This document shows positions 1-8,460 of a stretch of 50,353 nt of DNA, piece by piece (the stretch's first letter is position 1; the number at the start of each line of letters is the position of its first letter). The stretch covers positions 1 through 50,353 of the forward strand of contig JAJRVN010000026.1 in the NCBI GenBank assembly GCA_024277325.1. Direction: 5' to 3'. Made by a program: the position numbers and the translations under genes. Below the pieces are notes generated by a model. It did no database searches, was not told the origin of the DNA, and saw only the letters and a list, made by a program, of their open reading frames with translations. Source of the DNA: Patescibacteria group bacterium. GTDB taxonomy: Bacteria > Patescibacteriota > Microgenomatia > JAADGY01.

Positions 1-1
1 G

Positions 2-523
2 GGCGAGTACCAATATTTTTTGGGCATAGGCTTGCCACCAAAAGAATCTAAGTTTTTTTCTGGCTTAAAGAGGTTTTATCATGATAAAGGCCGATTAACC
101 AGTCCGCCTCACATAACTCTGAAACCGCCTTTTTGGTATCCCAACCAACTGGCCTTGATTAACAAGCTTAAGGTTTGGAGCAGTACACGCTTGGTTTTTG
201 AGCTAGTTTTGTCTAAAGTTGGTTCCTTTAAGCACAAAAAATATGGCACGGTTTTTTTAATTCCCAACTCAGAAGAGAAATTAAAACTATTGGAATCAAG
301 CTTGACCCACTCAATTGCTTTCTTGCCCAGAAACAGCAGTTTCTACCCACACTTAACAATAGCTAATAGAATAGACTTAAATAGATTACCAGAGGTTAAA
401 AGTCAGATTAAGAGCCTTAATCTTAAGCTAAAACTTCAAGTCGACAAGGTTGTCCTTTATCGTCGGCAATCAAGATCACCCTGGCAGCCTTTTTTGTTTT
501 TTAATTTTAAAGAAAGGGTTTAG
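2..523 (+). CDS. 2H phosphoesterase / LigT-like (2'-5' RNA ligase family) protein, possibly 5'-partial
   Basis: Two H-x-T-x motifs (HITL and HLTI) about 85 aa apart in a ~170-aa protein. The frame is open back to base 2; the listed start at 20 is TTG. Stop TAG at 521-523. Confidence 0.65.
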   Translation, partial: GEYQYFLGIGLPPKESKFFSGLKRFYHDKGRLTSPPHITLKPPFWYPNQLALINKLKVWSSTRLVFELVLSKVGSFKHKKYGTVFLIPNSEEKLKLLESSLTHSIAFLPRNSSFYPHLTIANRIDLNRLPEVKSQIKSLNLKLKLQVDKVVLYRRQSRSPWQPFLFFNFKERV

Positions 524-594
524 AGGCCTGAGCGGGATTTGCACCCGCGTAAACGGTTTTGCAGACCGTTACCTAGCTCCTCGGTCATCAGGCC
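524..594 (-). tRNA. tRNA-Cys (anticodon GCA)
   Basis: Hand-folded cloverleaf: acceptor GGCCTGA/TCAGGCC, anticodon stem ACGGT/ACCGT, loop CTGCAAA, T-stem GCGGG/CCCGC. Discriminator U matches the Cys identity element. No encoded CCA. T-loop is the unusual TGCAAAT. Confidence 0.8.
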
Positions 595-714
595 AAAGCA
601 AATAAATTGTTAACTTAAATGAAATCAAATTCATAGCGATTACACTATATTATAAATGACATAAGCTTTATCAGCATCATTTTGATAATTTTTAGCCGAT
701 TAGGATTGTATTAT

Positions 715-1014
715 TTATTTGGTTTTTATGTTGACACCGTTTATTTTTTTATACCGGCGGTGTTTATTTTTTTCAATTTTGGCCACAATCTCTTTTTCCA
801 AATTTATGTTGAGGATAGCGGCCAAGCCCAACAAGTAGATAACAACATCTGCTAATTCTTCTCCCAGATTTGGTAATTTTTTTCTATAAGCCTCGAAAGC
901 CTCGGCCAGTTCGCCATAAATTAAACCAAATTCCAAGTTGACATCATCGGTATTAAAGCCCTTGGCGATTTTATTGTTTAAAATGTCTTGTTGGAGTTTG
1001 TTCAGATTAATCAT
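715..1014 (-). CDS. MazG-like nucleoside triphosphate pyrophosphohydrolase (small all-alpha NTP-PPase)
   Basis: 99 aa with a GELAEAFEA...EELADVVIYLLGLA pattern typical of the MazG/NTP-PPase EEXX(E/D) helices. Confidence 0.7.
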   Translation of the reverse strand: MINLNKLQQDILNNKIAKGFNTDDVNLEFGLIYGELAEAFEAYRKKLPNLGEELADVVIYLLGLAAILNINLEKEIVAKIEKNKHRRYKKINGVNIKTK

Positions 1015-1073
1015 TATTAGATTAATAAAAAAGCTATTTTTAATTTGATATTAACATAGTTAATGATTTTTTG

Positions 1074-1144
1074 TTGCCGGGCAGGGATTCGAACCCCAAA
1101 TAACTGGTCCAGAGCCAGTCGTGATACCATTTCACCACCCGGCA
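1074..1144 (-). tRNA. tRNA-Gln (anticodon CUG)
   Basis: Acceptor TGCCGGG/CCCGGCA with the U1-A72 pair typical of bacterial tRNA-Gln. D-stem GTGA/TCAC, anticodon stem ACTGG/CCAGT, loop CTCTGGA, T-loop TTCGAAT. No encoded CCA. Confidence 0.85.
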
Positions 1145-1164
1145 TTGATATCAGACTATCTATT

Positions 1165-1443
1165 TTAAACCGTCTTGGCAAAGATGAGCAAGCCGGCTAC
1201 AAAAATTCCGATAATAAATATATCAATAACCAACAACCATTGGCTAAGGGTATTTTTATGTAATATAACTTTGATTAAGCCAATAATAAACCAGTTAAAC
1301 AAACTGATACCGGCCAAAAAGAGCATAAGCTGGAGTTTGTTGGTGGTTTGGCCCATAAAAATTAAGAAATTGGGCAGAATAAAAGCCAAGCTTAAAATCA
1401 AGCTGAACTTAAGGAATAAATTGATTAAAAGGACAAGAATCAT
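1165..1443 (-). CDS. small hydrophobic membrane protein, function unknown
   Basis: 92-aa ORF with about three hydrophobic segments. It lies directly downstream of htpX on the same strand with an 8-nt gap. No recognisable motif. Confidence 0.4.
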   Translation of the reverse strand: MILVLLINLFLKFSLILSLAFILPNFLIFMGQTTNKLQLMLFLAGISLFNWFIIGLIKVILHKNTLSQWLLVIDIFIIGIFVAGLLIFAKTV

Positions 1444-1451
1444 AAAAAAAG

Positions 1452-2345
1452 CTAATAAATCATGGCTTCTAAGGCTTTGATTCTATCTTCTACCGGTGGA
1501 TGAGTGGCAAATAACTTCATTATAAAATTTGACTTACCGGCAAAGGGTGAAGCGATGAAGAAATGGGCGGTATTAAGCGAGGCTTGTTTAACGGTTGGCA
1601 TCTGGCTTATCTTTATCAAGGCATTAATGAGAGATTGGGGTTGCTTGGTGACTTTGGCCGAAAAGCTATCAGCCAGATATTCACGACTTCTGGAGACCGC
1701 CAACTGTAAAAGTTGAGCGATAATAGGAGCTAAAACAATAAAAGCGATGCCGATAATCTGCAGGATGGCGTTGGTTTCTCGATTATTATCATTTCTTCGA
1801 CCGCCGTAGAGATAACTCCGAGTGACAAAATTGAGGAATAAAGTAAAAATGCCGATGCTAATGCTGATGAAGGTCATTAACCTGATATCATAGTTAACGA
1901 TATGGCCGAATTCATGACCGATGACCGCTTCCAACTCGCTTTTGTTTAAACTTTGAGCCAGGCCTTCAGTGACTAATACAGAAGCATGTTGAGGATCGCG
2001 GCCGGTTGCCATGGCATTAAGCCCGGCAGAAGGAATGATGTAAACTTTTGGTTTGGGCATGCCTGTGGCTATGGCGATGTTATCTACGGCTTGAACCACG
2101 GTTGGGTAGCGGTTAGGGTCTATAGGCTTGGCTCGAAAGCTTAAGATGACCAATTGATCACCTTTATAGTAGTTTATCAAGGTGCTAAATGTGGCAACGA
2201 TGCCGGCTAAGATCAAGCTATAAACGCCGTAATCAAACAGATTAAGAATCAAGTAGATACCGCCGATAATAAACAGGTTGAAAAAGATAATTACCAGCCA
2301 GCTTTTTCTTTTGTTGGCATCAACCGATTCGTAAACATTCTGCAT
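1452..2345 (-). CDS. htpX: HtpX-like M48 zinc metalloprotease
   Basis: HEFGH (HExxH) motif, N-terminal and central TM helices, C-terminal THPP...R motif, typical length of 297 aa. Confidence 0.85.
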   Translation of the reverse strand: MQNVYESVDANKRKSWLVIIFFNLFIIGGIYLILNLFDYGVYSLILAGIVATFSTLINYYKGDQLVILSFRAKPIDPNRYPTVVQAVDNIAIATGMPKPKVYIIPSAGLNAMATGRDPQHASVLVTEGLAQSLNKSELEAVIGHEFGHIVNYDIRLMTFISISIGIFTLFLNFVTRSYLYGGRRNDNNRETNAILQIIGIAFIVLAPIIAQLLQLAVSRSREYLADSFSAKVTKQPQSLINALIKISQMPTVKQASLNTAHFFIASPFAGKSNFIMKLFATHPPVEDRIKALEAMIY

Positions 2346-2372
2346 CGTTACCTTATAAACTTAAATAACGGT

Positions 2373-2960
2373 TTATTTAAGGTTGACCTTGGGAGTCTTG
2401 GTTTCTTCTTGGCTAACCTCAAGGTGAGCTCCGGTTTCAGGCGTACTTAAGCCGGCGACGGTTTTAAAACCAAACATTTTAGCCACGAGCATGGTTGGAA
2501 AGGTTAGGATTTTTGTGTTGTAATCGGCGGATAAATCAATTAACAACCTTCTAGCATACATAACTTTGTCAGCTGTATCCCTTAAATCGTCCATAAGCTT
2601 GGCCACGGTTTCGTTAGCCTTAAATTGAGGATTGCTTTCCCACAAAGCAAACATCGGTTTGAAGGCGTTGCCTAATTTGTCTGAAGCTTTGATAATTTCG
2701 TCAAGATTATTTTTTTCCAAAGCTTGGGCCGCCATATTGCGAGCTGCGGTCAGCTTGCTGTAAACATCCTTTTCGTGCTCCATGTAGCCCTTGGTGGCCT
2801 CGATCAGATTGGGAATGAGGTTGGCCTGCCTTTTTAGCTGGTTACCAATTTCTTGAATCGAGGCTTTAATCCTAACCTTAAGCGTGATTAAACTGTTGTA
2901 AGTTAGAACCAAATACAGAATGACTATAACAATCGGGATAATTAAGGCTGTTGCTAACAT
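2373..2960 (-). CDS. lemA: LemA family membrane protein
   Basis: N-terminal TM helix followed by YNSLITLKVRI...NQLKRQANLIPNL...Y..HE..V, the LemA signature. The LemA-HtpX pairing is common. AAGGAGA sits 8 nt upstream of the ATG. Confidence 0.8.
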   Translation of the reverse strand: MLATALIIPIVIVILYLVLTYNSLITLKVRIKASIQEIGNQLKRQANLIPNLIEATKGYMEHEKDVYSKLTAARNMAAQALEKNNLDEIIKASDKLGNAFKPMFALWESNPQFKANETVAKLMDDLRDTADKVMYARRLLIDLSADYNTKILTFPTMLVAKMFGFKTVAGLSTPETGAHLEVSQEETKTPKVNLK

Positions 2961-3118
2961 ATAAGATCTCCTTGTCTAAATTTATACTAAAAACTAATTT
3001 AATTGTAGCATATTTTGATCTATACAGTCAGGGATTTTCTCTTTAGCTACCGGAATAAAATAAAAGTTTAAAGCGATAGCCTTGCTTTTAACCTGTCTAA
3101 TGTAAAATTAAGTTAGAT

Positions 3119-4225
3119 ATGCAGTTTGTCTGGTTGATTATTATCGGAGTTTCTTTTTTGGTCGTAGGCCTTGTTTTGGTTAAGTATATAGAAAAAAGGT
3201 TTAAAACCATATCTCAAGAAGCTTTGTCTTTAAGCTTAAAAAATATCATCAGCTTGGCCAAAGAAGAGCTAAGCCACAAGCAGGACCAGGCCGACCAGCA
3301 GTTGCATCATGACAAAGAAATGATAAGCCAATTGGTAAAACAGATCGAGAAACAACTTAACCAAACCAAGCAAGAACTGGCCCAGTTAAGCAAACAGACC
3401 TCGACTCAGTTTGGCGCTTTAAGCCAGAGCTTGCACGAACATCGACGCTTAGCTGCTGAACTGAAAGTTTCTACAGATGAATTAAAGAAGTTGTTGTCCA
3501 ATAATCAGCGCCTTGGCGCTTGGGGCGAGAGAATCGCTGAAGATATTTTGAAAGCGGCCGGCTTGCAAAAAGGTATTCATTATGATATTCAAGCGGTTTC
3601 TAGCCTCGGCCGGCCGGATATAGTTTTTAAATTGCCGGACAACAAAGTGGTTAACATTGATGTTAAGTTCCCTTTTAAACATCTGCAAGCTTGGTTGCAG
3701 ACAGACTCGCCTGAAGATAAGAGTAAGTATTTAAAGAAGTTCAGGGAAGAGGTTAGGGCTAAAATCAGAGAGATAAAAAATCGGGGTTATGTTGATCCGG
3801 ACAAGGGAACTTTGGATTATGCCATTTTGTTTATTCCCAATGAGATGGTCTTTGGCTTTATCAATGAAAAATTTGGCGAAGTAATAGACGAAGCTATGGC
3901 TAATAAAATTATTTTAGCCTCCCCATTCACCTTATATGCTGTTGCCAGGATTATTTTTGAGTCATACCGCAATTTTTATTATGCCAACAACCTGAAACAA
4001 ATCGTTTCGTTGATAAACGACTTTAGCCTCCAATGGCGCCGGTTTAAGGGCGAATTTGACGACCTTTACCATATGTTTACCAAAGTATCTGATAATTTTG
4101 ACAAGATCAGAGATACTCGTTATCGGCTTATGGATGGTAAAATTGCCAAGATTCAAGCTTACCAGCAGAAACAGTTAAGCGATGAGATTAAAGCAGATAA
4201 AGATAAACTTAAAGCCGGCAAGTAA
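3119..4225 (+). CDS. rmuC: DNA recombination protein RmuC
   Basis: N-terminal TM helix, a long coiled coil, then a nuclease-like core: RPDIVFKLPDNKVVNIDVKFP ... ILFIPNE. Confidence 0.8.
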   Translation: MQFVWLIIIGVSFLVVGLVLVKYIEKRFKTISQEALSLSLKNIISLAKEELSHKQDQADQQLHHDKEMISQLVKQIEKQLNQTKQELAQLSKQTSTQFGALSQSLHEHRRLAAELKVSTDELKKLLSNNQRLGAWGERIAEDILKAAGLQKGIHYDIQAVSSLGRPDIVFKLPDNKVVNIDVKFPFKHLQAWLQTDSPEDKSKYLKKFREEVRAKIREIKNRGYVDPDKGTLDYAILFIPNEMVFGFINEKFGEVIDEAMANKIILASPFTLYAVARIIFESYRNFYYANNLKQIVSLINDFSLQWRRFKGEFDDLYHMFTKVSDNFDKIRDTRYRLMDGKIAKIQAYQQKQLSDEIKADKDKLKAGK

Positions 4226-4412
4226 GGAAGAAAGTTGCAATTTAATCAATGGCGTTTATTATGTCAAGGTGGTGGCTACGGCGATTAAAGGCCGGGCTAA
4301 TCGGCGGCTTTTACAAGTTTTAAGCCGATACTTAAATGTTAAAACCTCTAAGTTGGTGATTCTTAAAGGGGAAACTGATAAACATAAAACCATTGGTATA
4401 ATTTTGGAGTAA
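4182..4412 (+). CDS. DUF167 / YggU family protein
   Basis: The whole 76 aa parallels remembered E. coli YggU (IKINLKPASKE..., VKVVATAIKGRAN, VILKGETDKHKTIGI). This supports the ATG at 4182 and a real 44-nt overlap with rmuC. Confidence 0.7.
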   Translation: MRLKQIKINLKPASKEESCNLINGVYYVKVVATAIKGRANRRLLQVLSRYLNVKTSKLVILKGETDKHKTIGIILE

Positions 4413-4414
4413 AA

Positions 4415-5629
4415 ATGATTAAAACTAACTATAAAACTTTAATAATTGGCCGGTTCGATCCGGAAATTATGCTAAAAGGCAAATATGTCCGTCGGCAGAT
4501 GCAAACAGCGGTGGTTAAAAACCTCAATCAGCGCCTCACACAAGCCGGCTTAAAGGTTAAGGCCAAGCTAGGTTGGGATAAATTTAGACTGGAGCTTGAT
4601 TGGACAGAGGTTGACAAAGTTAAGTCGGCGATCAAAGTTATAAGCCGAACTTTTGGCGTTGGCAAGATTTTTTTGGGCCGGAACTTTAATCTTGGTTCCT
4701 TAGATGATTTAGACAAGCTTGTCTTTAATTATTGGCAGGCTAAGGTTAAGGATAAAACCTATGGAGTCAGAGTCAAAACAATCAACGATCTTAAGATCGA
4801 CAGAGCCGGCTTGGAGGCTCGTTTGGGTGGACTGCTTTATCCTTTGGCTGAAAAAGTCGATTTAAACAAGCCCCAAGTTTGGGTCAGGCTTTGGCTGGCC
4901 AAAAACCAGGTCTATTTTATCGACAAGATTTTTTCCGGCGTTGGCGGCTACCCCTTAGCCTTTAACCAAAGGGCTTTGGCTCTTTTTTCTGGCGGCATCG
5001 ACTCTCCGGTAGCTAGCTGGTTGGCGGCTCGAAAAGGCTTAAAGCTTGATTTTTTTCTTTTATCCCAAGGCGGTTGCCGGCAGCAAAGCCAAGTTGAGTC
5101 GGTTGTTCGCACGCTTTACAAAGACTGGCTTTATCCGACCAAATCAAGCCTGTTTATTGTTGATGACCCGGGCATATTGGCCGTTTTAAAAACTAAATTA
5201 AAACCGCGCTGGCGGAGCTTGGTTTTTAAGTATGTTTTGTATACAGCGGCGGTTTGGTTGGGGCGCCAGGTTGGTATAGGTCTTTATGTTACCGGTGAGT
5301 CGTTAAACCAAGTTTCAAGCCAGACTCCGGACAATCTCATGGCTTTAAATACAGCGTGCCAAACCAACTTGGTCGAAACCTTAGGCTTTAACAATTGCTT
5401 GTTTATCAGACCATTAATTGGCTGGACCAAGCAGGAAATAAAGCAAAGAGCTTCCCGGATAGGTAGCTTGGCGGCTTCCGAACGGGTTTTTGAATACTGC
5501 GGCGTGGTCAATCAGCCAAGCGTTACCCAGACTTCATTTAGCCGATTTAACCAGCAACTGGAATTGATCAATAATGAATTGACTGCATGGTTAAAAACTC
5601 TCAAATATCAGAAAGTTAGCTTAAATTAA
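4415..5629 (+). CDS. thiI: tRNA 4-thiouridine(8) synthase ThiI (THUMP + PP-loop, no rhodanese domain)
   Basis: SGGIDSPVA PP-loop motif after an N-terminal ferredoxin-like/THUMP-sized region; 404 aa. Confidence 0.8.
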   Translation: MIKTNYKTLIIGRFDPEIMLKGKYVRRQMQTAVVKNLNQRLTQAGLKVKAKLGWDKFRLELDWTEVDKVKSAIKVISRTFGVGKIFLGRNFNLGSLDDLDKLVFNYWQAKVKDKTYGVRVKTINDLKIDRAGLEARLGGLLYPLAEKVDLNKPQVWVRLWLAKNQVYFIDKIFSGVGGYPLAFNQRALALFSGGIDSPVASWLAARKGLKLDFFLLSQGGCRQQSQVESVVRTLYKDWLYPTKSSLFIVDDPGILAVLKTKLKPRWRSLVFKYVLYTAAVWLGRQVGIGLYVTGESLNQVSSQTPDNLMALNTACQTNLVETLGFNNCLFIRPLIGWTKQEIKQRASRIGSLAASERVFEYCGVVNQPSVTQTSFSRFNQQLELINNELTAWLKTLKYQKVSLN

Positions 5630-5643
5630 GCCAACGAAGCTTC

Positions 5644-6036
5644 ATGATGGCAATCCACAAAACAGAAATATTCATTAAGGCCAGGCTAAGCCAGGCGGGT
5701 TTTAATCAAGTGGTTATTATCAAGCCTAAGTTGCCTGTCGGTTTTGAGTTGGTCTATAACCAGTCGATGCGGCAGGGGCGTTATGGTCAGATGGGGTTTT
5801 TGTTAGCCCAAGCTGAGTTTAAAACCGATCCAAGCCGGCAGGGCAAGTATAAAAGCTTAATATTAGCCTCCGCCGCCTATTACCGCCCCAAAATCAAGCT
5901 AACTGACATCGATGTTTCTCTTTACAGCCAAAGCCAGGATTATCATAAAGTTCTGATGGCTAAGCTTCGACCGGTGGTCAAAGAATTAAAGCAGGCTTAT
6001 CCCGGCCATGACTGGCTGGCAAGCGCGGATTGGTAG
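5644..6036 (+). CDS. queG: epoxyqueuosine reductase QueG, N-terminal fragment ending at in-frame TAG (6034-6036)
   Basis: Same frame as 6040-6681, separated from it only by one TAG. Its size and position fit the DUF1730-like N-terminal part of QueG. Confidence 0.7.
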   Translation: MMAIHKTEIFIKARLSQAGFNQVVIIKPKLPVGFELVYNQSMRQGRYGQMGFLLAQAEFKTDPSRQGKYKSLILASAAYYRPKIKLTDIDVSLYSQSQDYHKVLMAKLRPVVKELKQAYPGHDWLASADW

Positions 6037-6039
6037 GGT

Positions 6040-6681
6040 TTGGCTGAAAAGCCTGTCAGTTTGGCCGGCGGTTTGGCTTTTTTAGGCCGACACCATTTAT
6101 TGATTCAGCCTGATGCCGGCAGTTATTTTTTCATAGCCTCCATCTTAACCAGTTTGCCTTTAGAGGCTGATAAGGTTGCCGATCAACCGCTTAAACCGAC
6201 TTGCCAAAGTTGTTTAAAATGCTCGCAAATTTGTCCAACCAAGGCAATACAAGGTCGGTTTTTCTTAGCCGATAGATGCTCAGCCTATTTGACGGTCGAG
6301 CATAAAGGTCCGATACCAGTCAAATTAAGGAGAAAACTGGGTAATCAGCTATTGGGTTGTGATCTATGCCAGCAAGTTTGTCCCCACAATCAAAGGTTGA
6401 AGGCCGGTTTAATGCCTCGGTTTTTAAAAACAAGCTCTTTTTTGGTCGGTTTGAATTTAAGGCGGGTTTTGCTGATTAAAACCGTCGAGCAGTTTAGCCA
6501 AATATTTAAGGGGACGGCATTTATGCGGGCCGGTTGGCAAAACATTATCCGCAACGCTTGCTATATTACTGCCAATCAAAACCGCCATGGTTTGGTACCG
6601 GTTTTAAAAGAATGGCGAGATCATGATGATTCGGTTATTAGCCAAGCGGCCGGATGGGCGATTAAAGAAATACTGGGCTGA
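6040..6681 (+). CDS. queG: epoxyqueuosine reductase QueG, C-terminal fragment (4Fe-4S clusters)
   Basis: GGLAFLGRHHLLI segment plus two ferredoxin-type cysteine clusters (CQSCLKCSQICP and CDLCQQVCP). The listed start is a TTG lying in frame with the upstream fragment. Confidence 0.7.
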   Translation: MAEKPVSLAGGLAFLGRHHLLIQPDAGSYFFIASILTSLPLEADKVADQPLKPTCQSCLKCSQICPTKAIQGRFFLADRCSAYLTVEHKGPIPVKLRRKLGNQLLGCDLCQQVCPHNQRLKAGLMPRFLKTSSFLVGLNLRRVLLIKTVEQFSQIFKGTAFMRAGWQNIIRNACYITANQNRHGLVPVLKEWRDHDDSVISQAAGWAIKEILG

Positions 6682-6803
6682 TGACTTGTTAAGGCAGATT
6701 AGCGAAAGCCAGCAAGCTTAAAAATTTATCGTCTTGAAATTTGGCTGAATTGTTTTAAAATAAATAATGTTTCTAGGTTTAGTTTTAGCGGGTAGTTTAA
6801 CAA

Positions 6804-7733
6804 ATGATCAAACTTAAGCAAATAAGTAAAAGTTTTGGTTCGTTCAAAGCCTTGGATAAGGTCAGTTTTTCTCTGCGCCAAGGCGTAATTACGGCTTTTT
6901 TAGGAGTTAACGGCGCCGGCAAGACCACGACCATGAGGATAATAAATGGCATTTTAGACGCTGATTCAGGCCAAGTGAAGGTAGACAGTTACGATCCTCA
7001 CAAACAGCCATTGAAGGTCAGGCAAATAGTTGGCTATTTACCGGAAAATAACCCTTTATATACCAACTTGGAAGTGGTTGAGTATTTAGCCTTGGTGGCC
7101 AAACTTCACCATGTCTCGGATTTCCCGGCCGGCCAGAAAGCATTGTTTGCCAAGATGGGGATTGATAAAGTTTGGCAACGGCACATAGATGAGTTGTCCA
7201 AAGGCTATCGCCAAAGGGTTGGTTTAACCGCTGCATTGATTCATAGACCGAAAGTGTTAATTTTGGACGAGCCCTTATCTGGTTTGGACCCGGTTCAAAA
7301 AGGCGAGATAATTGGTTTACTCAAGCAGATAGGCAAAAAAACCACGGTTTTATTCTCAACCCATGTTTTGGCCGAGGTTAAAGATTTATGCGATGACGTC
7401 ATCATTATCAATAAGGGCAAGATAGTTTACCAAGACCACCTTGACTCCCGCAAAGGCCAATACCTGAAATTACTGGTTAAGTTTGCCGGAACCAAATCAA
7501 AAATCAACGGTTTAATTAAGGCTAAGCCTCAGATTAAACTAGTTTCATTAGCTAGTTTAAAACCAGGCTTATGGCAAGCCGATTTTCAAATACTGGGATC
7601 AAAAAAACAGCAGGACTCTCTTTTGAGGTTTTTATCCGCCGGCTTGGCCGACAGCGGCATTATTCTAGAATTTAGGCCGGAATCTGAGAGTTTATCAGAC
7701 TTATTTTATCGTTTGACTAAAAATGAAGTTTAA
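6804..7733 (+). CDS. ABC transporter ATP-binding protein (ABC-2 / GldA-like)
   Basis: Walker A GVNGAGKTT, signature LSKGYRQRV, Walker B LILDEP. Confidence 0.85.
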   Translation: MIKLKQISKSFGSFKALDKVSFSLRQGVITAFLGVNGAGKTTTMRIINGILDADSGQVKVDSYDPHKQPLKVRQIVGYLPENNPLYTNLEVVEYLALVAKLHHVSDFPAGQKALFAKMGIDKVWQRHIDELSKGYRQRVGLTAALIHRPKVLILDEPLSGLDPVQKGEIIGLLKQIGKKTTVLFSTHVLAEVKDLCDDVIIINKGKIVYQDHLDSRKGQYLKLLVKFAGTKSKINGLIKAKPQIKLVSLASLKPGLWQADFQILGSKKQQDSLLRFLSAGLADSGIILEFRPESESLSDLFYRLTKNEV

Positions 7734-8460
7734 ACGACCTAACCCAACCATAGGCGGCTTGATTTACAAAGACCTGAAGCTGATGTTGCTTAATGCCAGC
7801 GGTTGGTTGACGATAGCGGTTTTTAACCTGGTTGTAGTTTGGCTTTTCAGCCAAAACTTCTTTCTGGTTGGTCAATCGGAGCTGACCCCGTTGTTTTCCT
7901 TGGTTAAGTGGGGCTTTATTATTTTGGCTTCGGCTTTGAGCATGCGGGCTTTTGCTGACGAGAGAGCCAAGCAAACCATCGAGCTGTTATTATCGTGGCC
8001 GGTCAGTCCTTGGCAAATAGTTATGTCTAAATTTATCGCCGGCCTGACGGTCTATTTTAGTTTGGTTCTAAGCCTTTTGCCGGTTATGGTTTTGGTTTCT
8101 TTTTTAGGCCCGGTTGATGCCGGTCAAGTTGTGTCTTTCATAATCGGCAGCTTGGCCCTTTTTAGCCTCTATTATGCTTACAGCTTATTTGTGTCTTTGT
8201 ACTTTAAAAACATTGTTGCCAGCTTTTTATTTAGCCTTTTTAGTCTGTTTGTTTGGTATTTGAGCGGAACCGCTTTTGTTTCTGATCGTTTGCCGGTACA
8301 GTTATCGACCTTGTTGGCATCGGTCAGCATAGATAGTTATTACCAAACTTTCTTAATCGGTGTGCCCTCATTGGCCGCCGTAGTTTTTTTTACCAGCTTC
8401 GTTTTTTTGTTTTTAAGATTAAGCGTTATCAGATTGATTAAAAAAGACCAGGTTTTATGA
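7723..8460 (+). CDS. ABC-2 type permease (GldF-like)
   Basis: Six-TM hydrophobic protein, overlapping the ATPase stop and the next gene's start (ATGA). Confidence 0.7.
   Translation: MKFKRPNPTIGGLIYKDLKLMLLNASGWLTIAVFNLVVVWLFSQNFFLVGQSELTPLFSLVKWGFIILASALSMRAFADERAKQTIELLLSWPVSPWQIVMSKFIAGLTVYFSLVLSLLPVMVLVSFLGPVDAGQVVSFIIGSLALFSLYYAYSLFVSLYFKNIVASFLFSLFSLFVWYLSGTAFVSDRLPVQLSTLLASVSIDSYYQTFLIGVPSLAAVVFFTSFVFLFLRLSVIRLIKKDQVL

Noticed and set aside
1063-1480. ORFs 1063-1263(+) and 1175-1480(+) from the six-frame track
   Set aside because: The first overlaps the tRNA-Gln gene. Both run antisense to the better-supported small membrane ORF and the htpX end. Neither has a motif or a promoter or RBS signal, so both are treated as spurious.
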